Below, piece by piece: positions 38,601 to 47,915 of a stretch of 64,000 bases of DNA. Source of the DNA: a virus; the IMG/VR virus record IMGVR_UViG_3300045988_174992, one strand, 5' to 3'. Within the stretch, counting starts at the first letter, position 1. Every line of letters starts with the position of its first letter. Both the position numbers and the translations under genes were made by a program. Under the pieces are notes generated by a model. The model worked only from the letters and a program-made list of their open reading frames with translations, was not told where the DNA came from and ran no database searches.

Positions 38601-38971
38601 GTTTCCATATAAATACAGATGGTACTATTGGATATACAGGATGGACACAAGGATTTAAATATACAAATAATGAAAGTACTGTAACATTATCATATACACA
38701 TTATACAGGAAATGATAGCAGTATAAATATACCAGTATTGAATGATGGTAATACTATTAACCAAGGATCTGCTAATGCTTCTAAGGCTGGTATAGTTACA
38801 GCAGATCAATATAATAAGATTGTTTCTAGATTGACTTACCTTGAAAAATGGTGTATGTGGCAATCTGGATTACCTAACAACAAGTCTACTTATATTTGGT
38901 CAGGTACATTAGCACAATTTAATTCATTGACATCCAAACCAGAAAATACAACATTTATCATATCAAATTAA
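35678..38971 (+). CDS. tail fibre/adhesin with SHAEG repeats followed by NSxAxG (Hep_Hag-like) repeats
   Basis: 1097 aa. About 24 near-identical SHAEGxxTTASGxx units are followed by GVNSIALVSGTASGSNSIAFTG...-type units, then DTNRKNAFWISQ, ending TYIWSGTLAQFNSLTSKPENTTFIISN. Confidence 0.8.
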   Translation: MAVKPIGTTALTWGSLLGRGNREPIDATQLNYSYTDLLWELNQRTVSYQIGTNNGGSGNYYVGLITAVPYVNEDDKRKDSHYTVDANGNKKLETINMKGPWYVSYKGTDKGRGTAKNKYGFVPDGNPNTYYADRIVLKQEMDYTLDNGFVRKTQLGTYYTGVGHWYDSYTKSKTYANGLECPDGVYFPTTSYAEIFNNYTYNVATGIFSHAEGGSTTASGHSSHAEGGGTTASGHSSHAEGNNTTSSGGSSHAEGKNTKASGNESHAEGENTTASGGGSHAEGISTQSIGQSSHAEGTLSYAGGNESHAEGNNTKANGDSSHAEGGSTTASAHYSHAEGYSTTASGDFSHAEGGDTTASGDHSHAEGYYTKASGSCSHAEGTGTTASGDYSHAEGHYAKASGDYSHAEGHYAEASEDYSHAEGGSTTASGYYSHAEGIGTTASGYYSHAEGSGTTASGYYSHAEGDSTKATGFRSHAEGTGTTASGDHSHAEGALTTASAHYSHAEGYSTYVHSTAENSHAEGFGSYTNGLNAHAENSSYANGKNSHSGGEATADGVNSFAHGVKGTLASGVNSIALVSGTASGSNSIAFTGTASGNSSISLDGTASGSNSVSIQGTAKSTDSVAIGQGAIAETGQGAMALIKGHATGQQSLATNTSSASGTNSVAMNVSSASNTQSFAVNNSTASGINSASTNKGNASGENSISTNISTATGVNSAALNNGNASGEGSVAMNYSQATGKGSVAIGLNTIASGEYSLSHGHETRISGNYSVGLGQGIKVSSNTNVSTGKFNKDEASYFAVGIGISDTNRKNAFWISQGTTAGTNGVSYFSNNTYVYGNTYDPSQYPNNKEDKSWSVAVTYNMYRNSYTYLYNTIDDKFATFGTGTYFTHSIDGLTYTPTTNVFHWKTQIFDKDNNIWPKQSYSFTFTQANHTNAGVMSAEDKRRLDSIKGFTYDNGNTHEYNFNENHTKGDNLHSFHINTDGTIGYTGWTQGFKYTNNESTVTLSYTHYTGNDSSINIPVLNDGNTINQGSANASKAGIVTADQYNKIVSRLTYLEKWCMWQSGLPNNKSTYIWSGTLAQFNSLTSKPENTTFIISN
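36296..37313 (+). repeat. near-perfect 42-bp tandem coding repeats
   Basis: Example: tcacatgctgaaggtgg.agtactacggcaagtggacattct repeated with 1-2 mismatches. Generates spurious ORFs in other frames. Confidence 0.85.
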
Positions 38972-38977
38972 TATACC

Positions 38978-39005
38978 AAAGAGGAATTCAACAGAATTCC
39001 TCTTT
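38978..39005 (+). terminator. intrinsic terminator
   Basis: Stem aaagaggaattc/gaattcctcttt, loop aaca, followed by a T-run. Confidence 0.7.
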
Positions 39006-39039
39006 TTATTTTTGTATAAGGAGATATTGAATTTAACGC

Positions 39040-39519
39040 ATGCCACTTAATTACGGATTAATAACAAAGAAACCTGAATTGGAATATAAATTTTCTGATG
39101 GTACAACAGAAACTGTAAAAGATTTGTTAGTAAAAACATTTGACAATACAGTTGATTTTTCAAATGCTTATACTATAGTTGAAGTAACAAAAGAGTATAT
39201 TGCTAGACCAGACTTAGTGTCATTTGTTCTTTATCACACAGATGAATATGCCGATATATTATGTAAGATAAATGGAATATCAAATCCTTTTGAATTAACA
39301 GAAGGAAACATATTGATATGCCCAAGAGAAGAATTCATAAACAGGTTTTCAAAAGCTGTAAGTGACAATATGGATGGGCTAGCTTCTACATCCTCATCTT
39401 TACTTACTAGAAAACAATCATTCAAAAAGAATAAGGATGAAAAACGATCACCAAATGAAGCAACAGTATTTGACCATAATTATGTACAAGTTGGTGATAC
39501 AAATTTATTGATTTATTAA
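39040..39519 (+). CDS. LysM-like domain protein (baseplate/tail protein-X-like)
   Basis: YTIVEVTKEYIARPDLVSFVLYHTDEYADILCKINGISNPFELTEGNILICP fits the LysM pattern Y.V..gdtl..IA......y..I...N.i....l..G..L.IP. Confidence 0.4.
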   Translation: MPLNYGLITKKPELEYKFSDGTTETVKDLLVKTFDNTVDFSNAYTIVEVTKEYIARPDLVSFVLYHTDEYADILCKINGISNPFELTEGNILICPREEFINRFSKAVSDNMDGLASTSSSLLTRKQSFKKNKDEKRSPNEATVFDHNYVQVGDTNLLIY

Positions 39520-39523
39520 TTTT

Positions 39524-41128
39524 ATGGAAGATTTGAAAGAGCTATACCAGCCATTGAGTCCTAATGTAAATAAATTAGATCCAATAGTAAGGCATGATCC
39601 AACTGTTAAGAAAAATGGTATTGTAAAATTTAATGAATCACAAAAAATAAAAGCATCCGGTCTTGGAATAAACAATCAACCAATAAATGTTGTAAAATTA
39701 GAAGGTCCAAGAATACCTATTATAAGAATTGACAATAAAGTAATTCTTAGGAGTTCAATAAAATATGTACATATTGATTATGATAAGTTTATCCCTACTT
39801 GCAAAGTAATATTATCTCAACAAGAAAAAAGTGAGGAGTTGATGGAAACTGCTTCTATGACTTCTAACATGACAATAGTAATGACAGATTCTGTAGATGG
39901 TGCTTATAAACCTATTTCTATAGATTTCTATATTACTAAAGTAGAATATCAAGCAGACCAAATAACATATTACGGTGAATATCATTTATTGTCTTTACGA
40001 CAACAAATGACAAAGCAAATTACATTCAATCCTTATCCAACCACCGGATGTTCTGCTAAATATTGCCAGCTTGGCCCAAACAAATACCCTACTACTTATG
40101 AGTTTTTACATTATGTGGCAGTTACAGAATGTGGATTAGGATTTGCTGCAACAGATAAAGTAAAAGAAATAAAAGATGATAAGACAAGAATAATAAGAAG
40201 TGAAACTTATACAGAAGCTATTCAAAAACATGTTGCATTTGGTGGATTGGATGAAAATAGTGTATTTGATTGTTGGGTCGATCTATATCGTTATCTTGTA
40301 GTTGTTAATTTTTCCTGGGTAATGAATGAGAAAATAACTCCAAATGATTTAGGAATACATCCGGTTATTGGACTTGGTTTTACCGATGATAACATAAAGG
40401 AAGATATACAACATGGGATGGCACATAGATTGCTTACTAATTATAAGAGAATGCCTGAACTAGGTAACTATCTTGTATCATCTTGGAAATGGAGAGTAAA
40501 CAATAAAGATGTAATGGAACATGGAAATATAAATGAATATGTGATTGGCTCACCAACTTCTGGAACTGGAAATGATTCTCTCAATTCAACAAATATAAAA
40601 TTCAATGGAAATTCAGTAAATGATACTGTAAACAATTCATGTCAATTCAGAAATACTGTTTTTTCTGGATATGAATATGGTGATCCGGAAGACCATAATA
40701 CACCTGTTCTTAAACAAAAAATGATTCATGATAATTATTTTAGGAAATATAGAGCTAAAACATTAGAGGTAAAACTTGCAAAACCAAATTTTGGTCTTCA
40801 ACGAGGTACTCTCATAAATTTAATGATATTTGAATATTCAGAATTAGGTAAACGTCAGATGTGGCAAAACTGGTATAATATAAGTGGAGATAAGACAGAA
40901 ATGCCTAATCCATCTAGTGTTGAATTAGAACAGATGTTTTCAGATTCAACTCTTGGCTTCATAAATCTATCAGTATCAGGCATTTATTATATTGATGGTA
41001 TGTCATTTGAATATGATGTTAAAAATGAAGAACATGAACTTATTCAAAAAGTATACCTCATAAGAAGAGGCATTATACCTGGTTATATAAACAGTGATTC
41101 CTTTGCTAAATCATATAACAATACTTAA
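39524..41128 (+). CDS. baseplate/tail-hub-like structural protein (unassigned)
   Basis: 534-aa ORF placed between the LysM-like protein and the downstream structural genes. Confidence 0.45.
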   Translation: MEDLKELYQPLSPNVNKLDPIVRHDPTVKKNGIVKFNESQKIKASGLGINNQPINVVKLEGPRIPIIRIDNKVILRSSIKYVHIDYDKFIPTCKVILSQQEKSEELMETASMTSNMTIVMTDSVDGAYKPISIDFYITKVEYQADQITYYGEYHLLSLRQQMTKQITFNPYPTTGCSAKYCQLGPNKYPTTYEFLHYVAVTECGLGFAATDKVKEIKDDKTRIIRSETYTEAIQKHVAFGGLDENSVFDCWVDLYRYLVVVNFSWVMNEKITPNDLGIHPVIGLGFTDDNIKEDIQHGMAHRLLTNYKRMPELGNYLVSSWKWRVNNKDVMEHGNINEYVIGSPTSGTGNDSLNSTNIKFNGNSVNDTVNNSCQFRNTVFSGYEYGDPEDHNTPVLKQKMIHDNYFRKYRAKTLEVKLAKPNFGLQRGTLINLMIFEYSELGKRQMWQNWYNISGDKTEMPNPSSVELEQMFSDSTLGFINLSVSGIYYIDGMSFEYDVKNEEHELIQKVYLIRRGIIPGYINSDSFAKSYNNT

Positions 41129-41129
41129 A

Positions 41130-41648
41130 ATGAAAACTATAAATAATTCTTCTGAAATATATAAGCAAATAGTAGTATCTGATGATACTTTACTTTCAAC
41201 TTCTGATTACATAAATGATAAGGTTAATGATGTTTACAATCAAATGTTGAGAAAAGCAATTTCTGATTTTTTATCCGATAATTGGGAATATTATGAATGT
41301 GATATTAAACCAATAAAAGATAAGAATTGGAAAACATCCCCACGTATTATGATTACTTCTAAGAAATATCCATTTGAAAAGAAAATAGTAAATATAAAAG
41401 AATATTGGGATAAAGCAGTACAGTTTTCTAAGAAAAATTCAGAATCATACTCTGATTTGATGATAGATGAAGATACTTTAAAAGATGCTGAAATAGTAAG
41501 TATCAATTATGTATTAGGTATAGTTAAGATGAGATCAAAATTCACACAAGTTGAATTTGAAGTTCCATTCTCAAGGATAAATGGCAATACAAATATGTCA
41601 TTAGATTGTACATTAGCTGGAACATTTACTTATCTTTCAAATCAATAA
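41130..41648 (+). CDS. structural-module protein (unassigned)
   Basis: ATG at 41130 sits 1 nt after the upstream stop. The track start 41094 is a GTG extension. Confidence 0.5.
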   Translation: MKTINNSSEIYKQIVVSDDTLLSTSDYINDKVNDVYNQMLRKAISDFLSDNWEYYECDIKPIKDKNWKTSPRIMITSKKYPFEKKIVNIKEYWDKAVQFSKKNSESYSDLMIDEDTLKDAEIVSINYVLGIVKMRSKFTQVEFEVPFSRINGNTNMSLDCTLAGTFTYLSNQ

Positions 41649-41669
41649 AAATAAATTAATAAATTAGTC

Positions 41670-43130
41670 ATGTCAATTCTATCAAAATTATTAGGAGGAC
41701 TAGGTAAAGGTGTTTCATCTACTGGAAATGGTTCTGATGGTTATGATCCAAAAGAACAGCAAAATACTCTAGATTATAAAGGTCCATTAAAAGCAAACAA
41801 AGTTATTGGCGAACAAATAGAATATGATGGCTCTGGTATAATAGCATCTAGGGATGCCAATACAGATCAAACATTACTTGATGTTCCTGCTTGGGGTTAT
41901 AAAGATTTTATAAACGAACGAGTAAGTTTTCAGAAAGGATTAGATTCTATTGCAACCCAACCAGCTTGGCTATACTTCAAGTTATTTTTTAAATTTGATA
42001 CATCTTATGGGTTATTAGGAGGTATTATGCAATCTTCTGATGGAAGTAAATTTGCGGCAAACAACACTGCTATACAATATCTTGATAGAAATTTTTATAA
42101 ATATAATGATAATATGATGGCTAGAAAAAAGTCTTTGATAAAGTTTGTACGATCATTAAGCTACATATCTTCTAATGCTCCTTGGTTCTTCAAGTCAGTA
42201 AAGGATGTAAACAATGCTTTGAATATGAATTTAGATAATTTGACGGCAGAAAAATCTATAGAAATAGAATGTTCAGAAGAAGCAACTGATCTACGATTAC
42301 TTACTTTAATGGATTTCTATAAATATGCCGCTTATGATGCAATAAATCAAAAAGAAATATTACCAGAAAACTTAAGAAAATTTGATTTAGATGTTGTTGT
42401 ATTTCAATCACCTATAAGATATCTGCAAACTTCAACTAGAGATTTGAAAGGAAGAACAACTGTATATAAGAATCTTAATAGTGCTAATATGACTGATAGA
42501 ATGTCATTTAAACTGTTTTCTTTTCAAGGTTGTGAAATAGATTATTCTACTTTAAATACAATGCTCCCACAAACATTTTCAAATCAAGCTCCATTTCAAT
42601 CATCCCCAACGTTCAAAATAAAATATGATCGTGTGTATCAACATAATCAAAATGAGTTTGCAAAGGTATTGTTTGGTGATTCTGGATTCTTGTGGAGTCA
42701 AAATGGAATTAATAGTTACGTGTTGAGTGGAAAGAAAGGTGACCCTGATATAAATAATCGTGAAAAACACCTTGATAAAGATCCTAATACAGTTAATTTG
42801 GATGATGTAAATGTGAATGGAATTAAATCAGGTGGTACTACAAATCCTGAATCTGATGACCACGAAAACAAACGTCATAAGATGATGCAGTATGCAATAG
42901 ATAATAAATACTATTACAATCCTGCAAGTCAAACTTATAAGACGTTAGTTGATGCATCAGAATCTACTATATCTGCTGCCATGATGCTTATAGATGGTAG
43001 TGCTGGTCTTGGAAACCTTTATGGTAAAGCAGCTAGTATTGGTTCAACATTCAAAAGTGCTGGTAAGAACGCTAAGAAAGCTTACAAAGACCTTTGGAAA
43101 AATGGTGTTAAGAATTTCTTACAATTTTAA
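41670..43130 (+). CDS. structural-module protein (unassigned)
   Basis: 486-aa ORF. Confidence 0.55.
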   Translation: MSILSKLLGGLGKGVSSTGNGSDGYDPKEQQNTLDYKGPLKANKVIGEQIEYDGSGIIASRDANTDQTLLDVPAWGYKDFINERVSFQKGLDSIATQPAWLYFKLFFKFDTSYGLLGGIMQSSDGSKFAANNTAIQYLDRNFYKYNDNMMARKKSLIKFVRSLSYISSNAPWFFKSVKDVNNALNMNLDNLTAEKSIEIECSEEATDLRLLTLMDFYKYAAYDAINQKEILPENLRKFDLDVVVFQSPIRYLQTSTRDLKGRTTVYKNLNSANMTDRMSFKLFSFQGCEIDYSTLNTMLPQTFSNQAPFQSSPTFKIKYDRVYQHNQNEFAKVLFGDSGFLWSQNGINSYVLSGKKGDPDINNREKHLDKDPNTVNLDDVNVNGIKSGGTTNPESDDHENKRHKMMQYAIDNKYYYNPASQTYKTLVDASESTISAAMMLIDGSAGLGNLYGKAASIGSTFKSAGKNAKKAYKDLWKNGVKNFLQF

Positions 43131-43532
43131 TTTGTCTGAAACCATCAATACACCATCTATCAAGAAATAGTCACTATCATAAGGTGTTGAATCAAGTAAT
43201 TTCATATAGTCATATTTTTCTAAATTATTCAGATCATAATCTAATTTTGATAATGAATTTATAAAATATGAAAAATCGTTTGATTCTGTTGCAACAAACA
43301 CATAACCTTCATATATAGAGAATGGTAAACTAGATCCATTATGTACAAAGATGAACCTTCCAAGATGCAAATCACTAATGAACTTTGCTAATGTTTTCTT
43401 TGTATATGATGGATCCTTTTCTTTTAGCTTATTTTCTATAGTCCATTTTGTAACATAAATTTCTTCTGGATCTTCATTAGAAAGATTTACTATATTTCGT
43501 ATAGAATTCTTTATTTCTTCTTTTGTAAACAT
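43119..43532 (-). CDS. hypothetical protein, lone antisense gene inside the structural operon
   Basis: Start taken at ATG 43532 (MFTKEEIKN). Promoter-like motif at 43550-43570. The 3' end overlaps the 41670-43130 stop by 12 nt. Confidence 0.5.
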   Translation of the reverse strand: MFTKEEIKNSIRNIVNLSNEDPEEIYVTKWTIENKLKEKDPSYTKKTLAKFISDLHLGRFIFVHNGSSLPFSIYEGYVFVATESNDFSYFINSLSKLDYDLNNLEKYDYMKLLDSTPYDSDYFLIDGVLMVSDKLKL

Positions 43533-43606
43533 TATGTTTATTCCATTATTTATGATAAATATAGAATATACATGAAATAAGTTCATAAACATTTCTATTT
43601 TTAAAT

Positions 43607-44386
43607 ATGCAGAATCTAGTTAACAAAACCACAGAAAAATGGAAACATCCTTGGAATGTTGAGAAATTTGACAATCTATTTGATAGAGATGAAAGATTTT
43701 TCTCAATATTAATAAAGGGTGCTTTATCTTGGCTTACTAGAAATATAGTGTTATATGATAAACCTATCAATCATTTCATATTCAACACTGGTTCTTCATA
43801 TATGTACATAGAAAGCAATGGGTATAGATATAGTTTGAATGAAGTATCAGGAGAAGATCAGATTTATATGAAAATGCCAAGATGTATTGTTGAAATGGAT
43901 AATGTAAGCATACCATTAGAAGAACTTACTCAACCTTATGTTAGGGGTGTTTATGAAAGAATAGTAGGAAATGAAATAGTTGGTATGAATGCAGAAATGA
44001 GACGACTACCATTGGATGTAACATTAAAGTTAAGGTATGTTCTATCTAATTTCAATGAATCAGTAGTACTGTTACAAGAAATAATTGATAAATTAGTATT
44101 TAGAAAATATTTTAATATAACATATCTAGGACAAACAATAAAATGTTCTTTAAATTGGCCAACAGAACAATCTGTGCAAATAAATAAAATAGATATGACT
44201 AGTTCAGAAACTAATCAAAAAACAATAGAATTTTCTCTTAACCTATCAACATCATATCCACAGATTGATGAAAGAACTGAATCTAGAAATGATAGTATAA
44301 TTGGAAATTTCAAACAAGATATTTATTTACATCCAAAATCATTAGATAACAAATCTTCTGATAAAGAATCAATCATAAAAGAATAA
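43607..44386 (+). CDS. structural-module protein (unassigned)
   Basis: 259-aa ORF. Confidence 0.55.
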   Translation: MQNLVNKTTEKWKHPWNVEKFDNLFDRDERFFSILIKGALSWLTRNIVLYDKPINHFIFNTGSSYMYIESNGYRYSLNEVSGEDQIYMKMPRCIVEMDNVSIPLEELTQPYVRGVYERIVGNEIVGMNAEMRRLPLDVTLKLRYVLSNFNESVVLLQEIIDKLVFRKYFNITYLGQTIKCSLNWPTEQSVQINKIDMTSSETNQKTIEFSLNLSTSYPQIDERTESRNDSIIGNFKQDIYLHPKSLDNKSSDKESIIKE

Positions 44387-44392
44387 ATTAAG

Positions 44393-45508
44393 ATGGACAA
44401 TAATTTAGTATCTTCACATATAGGAAATTTAGCCCAAACTGGTAAGGATTTTAATGTAATAGTAACAAACGCTCCATTTAAGCTGTTATCATCATTAGAT
44501 AAGATATATCGTACTGGAAGTTCAAATGATGGAGGAAATGGTACTACTACAGCTACAAATAATGGAATGGGTACTAAGATTGCAAACTCATTCATGATAT
44601 GTGCTCCACAAATACCCGATGAATATACAACTTACAACTATGTTGCCAACGTTGCTTATATAGATAGAGACAATGATGGTCAGTACACTTATGGAGATAC
44701 ACAATTGTATAATGATGCCTACACATACGTGTATACTTCATCTAATGCATATAAAGATACTGGAGAATTTGATTTAGTAGCTACAGATGCTTATGGCATA
44801 CCGGTTGCATTAACACCCCCATTCAATGATATTGATAAAGAATATTTTGATGTTAGTTCTGATATTCCATCAAGATATCGAGATTACTGTCATTCTAGAT
44901 CACTCACTTTATCTAAAAATTTCAGTACACAATTTAGTGACCTTGGTAAATATGTTGAAACAATAACTTATTCATATACTCCAATAACTATAGATCTTGA
45001 TAAAACATTATACTTTATTAGAGCTAGTCAAATAAAAAATGATAGTCCTAATTCACACCCATTATATTTTGTAGGAAAAATGGATACTGTAAATCCAAAT
45101 GGGGATCTTTCATATAAAGTTAGTATAAATGGTACATATACATATTTAACAACTAAAATAAAATCAGATGGTAAATATAATTATGAATATATTCCTGTAT
45201 CATTTGAATACTTATTAAATGAAGTAAATAAAATAAAAGATTGGAAATCAACACAATTCCCTGATACTTCTTATATTTGGAATGAAGGAGAAGAACTTGA
45301 AGATTCTGCTTCAATACTAAAAAAGCTTTCTTATCTAATGAAAACCGTAAGTAAGTTGAATAACTTACCTTATGTATTGAATAGAACTGGTTCAACTTCT
45401 AGAGATATATCTTATCTTTGGAGTGGAAGTATGAGTGATTATGAAGGAATAACAAAGTCTGATAAAGACAATAAAACAACATTCATTATTGAAAATGATA
45501 ATAAATAA
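44393..45508 (+). CDS. short fibre/receptor-binding-type protein with shared C-terminal signature
   Basis: Ends ISYLWSGSMSDYEGITKSDKDNKTTFIIENDNK, the same signature as the SHAEG fibres. Confidence 0.5.
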   Translation: MDNNLVSSHIGNLAQTGKDFNVIVTNAPFKLLSSLDKIYRTGSSNDGGNGTTTATNNGMGTKIANSFMICAPQIPDEYTTYNYVANVAYIDRDNDGQYTYGDTQLYNDAYTYVYTSSNAYKDTGEFDLVATDAYGIPVALTPPFNDIDKEYFDVSSDIPSRYRDYCHSRSLTLSKNFSTQFSDLGKYVETITYSYTPITIDLDKTLYFIRASQIKNDSPNSHPLYFVGKMDTVNPNGDLSYKVSINGTYTYLTTKIKSDGKYNYEYIPVSFEYLLNEVNKIKDWKSTQFPDTSYIWNEGEELEDSASILKKLSYLMKTVSKLNNLPYVLNRTGSTSRDISYLWSGSMSDYEGITKSDKDNKTTFIIENDNK

Positions 45509-45512
45509 ATAC

Positions 45513-45542
45513 AAATGGGAAGAACTTAAGTTCTTCCCATTT
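45513..45542. terminator. bidirectional intrinsic terminator
   Basis: aaatgggaagaactt|aagttcttcccattt palindrome between convergent genes. Confidence 0.75.
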
Positions 45543-45562
45543 TTAATTTTAATATTCTTATT

Positions 45563-45934
45563 TTATTCTCCTTCTTCTGGATCTTCTTCATTTTCTTCAT
45601 CTTCAGAATCAATAAAATCTGATAATTTACCCAATTGGCCTGCTAATGACTTTACATCATCTTGGTTTGCTTTATCATCATCTTGCATTTTCTGAACATA
45701 TTGTTGAAGTACATCCTGAATAGAATCCAACTTATCTTTGTTAGAATCATTCACCTTAATCTTGATACCACCATCAATCTTTTCTGAATATACAGAATTC
45801 TTATTTGCAAGGTCTTCAATAGATTTGATAGTATCATCCGCATGTTCAAGATCACCAAATTCAAATCTAAGCATCTTTTCATTGCTTTCATTGATATTTA
45901 ATGATTCATTCAATGTTTCTACTAAACTTTTCAT
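45563..45934 (-). CDS. highly acidic small protein with CTS-like N-terminus
   Basis: MKSLVETLNESL... at the N-terminus. C-terminus reads SEDEENEEDPEEGE. Confidence 0.6.
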   Translation of the reverse strand: MKSLVETLNESLNINESNEKMLRFEFGDLEHADDTIKSIEDLANKNSVYSEKIDGGIKIKVNDSNKDKLDSIQDVLQQYVQKMQDDDKANQDDVKSLAGQLGKLSDFIDSEDEENEEDPEEGE

Positions 45935-45957
45935 ATATATTTTAATTAACGTTAATT

Positions 45958-47262
45958 TTAAAAATACGTTAAAAGGTAATTAGCAAAATCTTTACCATAT
46001 ACCTTTATCTTGTTTCTGTTCTTTACCGTTTCACATTTCTTTACCCATTCTAGAACTTTAATATAGTTCATGATTGTATTCTTAATGCAATCACTATCAT
46101 CATAAGAACTATCTAATGATGGACAATTGAAATTAGTTATGCTATTATGTTCTTTAGATGGGAAGTTGTTATACTTAATATACTCATTCAGAAATTCTAT
46201 CAGCAAATCTATCAAATCATAATTTGGATATTTAACATTATTTTCATTTACTGTCATCCAAGAATTGTAATATACTAAATCACCTAACATTATCTTCAAC
46301 CATGAATCCATGGCATCCTTATACTTTTCAAGACAACTCTTTTCACCTATATTAGATTTTCCATTCAATAGATTATATTGGTTAGTACAAGAATTACAAG
46401 TGGAAATAGTAGAAGGTAAATCAGTACCATCTGTACTGGTATTCATGATAGTCTGCAATAGTTTTGTTGCTTCATCGTTTTCATGATTAGCAAAATATTT
46501 CTGTACAGCATCATATACATTATTAGGTACTGCTTGCTTGTTTTCTTCTGTTATAGCTGTATACTTCAATATTATTTTGAAGAAAGTTTGTGGAAAGAAA
46601 TAGAAATCATCTTCTGTAAACTTTAGATCTGATATCTCATTCTTATTGAAGAAAAAATTCAAGTCAATACTTTTCTTTTCATCATCAGAAAGTTCTTCAA
46701 AATATGAAGTTATATTTGGCTTATCATTTTCTCTATCGTAGAATAGATAATCAGGCAAGTATATGTCATCATCTTTTTCTGCTAATGACTGAATATCATT
46801 ACCAGTATGGTCCTTTGTTCTAGTACACCATTTATATAAAGTTTCATTCAAATAATATTCTTTGCTTGGTCTGAAACCTTCTATACCTGTACCATAAACA
46901 CTATTGTCTGTAAGTGCTTTAATCAAGAATTTTCCCAATTCTGAAGTACTATTAGATAGCAATTCTTTTGTAATTGGCACATATATTCTAGGCATGTCAA
47001 ACTTGTTAGCGCCGCTATCCTCAAGCATCAGATACTTAGGACCTAAAACTTCACCTTCAACAAAGCCATCACCATATTCTAGTGTTATGTAATTTTCTTC
47101 AAACCATTTAATACCCATTGCATTAATGCAAAGGAGATATTTTCCTCTGCAAGATTTAGGTATGCAAATATCATCTATGAACTTTACAACAAATGGTTGA
47201 AAATTATTTAAAAATGAATAATTCATGTTCGTATTTCTTTGGTTATTTAAAAATAGTTTCAT
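45958..47262 (-). CDS. hypothetical protein
   Basis: 434-aa ORF. Confidence 0.6.
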   Translation of the reverse strand: MKLFLNNQRNTNMNYSFLNNFQPFVVKFIDDICIPKSCRGKYLLCINAMGIKWFEENYITLEYGDGFVEGEVLGPKYLMLEDSGANKFDMPRIYVPITKELLSNSTSELGKFLIKALTDNSVYGTGIEGFRPSKEYYLNETLYKWCTRTKDHTGNDIQSLAEKDDDIYLPDYLFYDRENDKPNITSYFEELSDDEKKSIDLNFFFNKNEISDLKFTEDDFYFFPQTFFKIILKYTAITEENKQAVPNNVYDAVQKYFANHENDEATKLLQTIMNTSTDGTDLPSTISTCNSCTNQYNLLNGKSNIGEKSCLEKYKDAMDSWLKIMLGDLVYYNSWMTVNENNVKYPNYDLIDLLIEFLNEYIKYNNFPSKEHNSITNFNCPSLDSSYDDSDCIKNTIMNYIKVLEWVKKCETVKNRNKIKVYGKDFANYLLTYF

Positions 47263-47345
47263 AAGTTATAGTTCAATAGATGTTGAACAAAAATGTTCAC
47301 ACAGGGACGTTAAAATTATCTTAGCTGATAGAATATACTTCAGTA

Positions 47346-47392
47346 TACTTTTACGCTCCCTGTGTGACCCAGGCACTTTATAGGGGAACTTA
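47346..47392 (-). repeat. GC-rich 3'-end element, copy E2
   Basis: rc reads GTTCCCCTATAAAGTGCCTGGGTCACACAGGGAGCGTAAAAGTA. Confidence 0.6.
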
Positions 47393-47396
47393 ATTA

Positions 47397-47783
47397 TTAT
47401 CGTACAGAAATAATCAATTTATCCTTCTTTGCAATTTCAAAAGCTTCTTTCATCCCCTTTTCAAATGTACCATTATTAACTGAACTACCAGAGCATAAAT
47501 GTGAAATGATGATATCTAGTTGAATGAGGGCTTCTGGAGATGGAATTACATACTTCCATTTTCCATCATACTTGATTACCATCTTAGTTGCATTTGATTT
47601 CTGAGCATCCTGAACAAATTTGAACATTGATACCCAGTATTCAGTATTTTCCTGAGATTCAAGATCCATGATAGGCATATTTTCTGTATCAATGTTCTTT
47701 ACAAAATATGTAGGAGTGTTGGCAAATGACATAACAGATACTACACAGAAAATAAAAGTAACAAAAAACTTCTTCATAATCAT
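47397..47783 (-). CDS. secreted small protein
   Basis: N-terminal signal-like MIMKKFFVTFIFCVVSVMSFA. Confidence 0.55.
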   Translation of the reverse strand: MIMKKFFVTFIFCVVSVMSFANTPTYFVKNIDTENMPIMDLESQENTEYWVSMFKFVQDAQKSNATKMVIKYDGKWKYVIPSPEALIQLDIIISHLCSGSSVNNGTFEKGMKEAFEIAKKDKLIISVR

Positions 47784-47840
47784 TATTAATATTTAAATTA
47801 AACTTCTTGTTTTGAATTATTTGTTATTTATTTGAACGAA

Positions 47841-47874
47841 TCTAATATAGAACAAACATAAAAAATTTCAAAAA
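47841..47874 (-). promoter_or_regulatory. -33/-7 promoter-like motif
   Basis: rc reads TTTTTGAAATTTTTTATGTTTGTTCTATATTAGA, with TTTG and TATATTAG separated by 19 nt. Confidence 0.55.
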
Positions 47875-47915
47875 CTTATTATTATTTATAAAGCTTATAT
47901 AAATAAAAATCTATA

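Noticed and set aside
47898-47905. Exact T4 late-promoter octamer TATAAATA 10 nt before ATG 47916
   Set aside because: A single exact match in DNA that is about 70% A+T is expected by chance. It is too close to the start codon for a normal leader and is not shared by the other forward genes.
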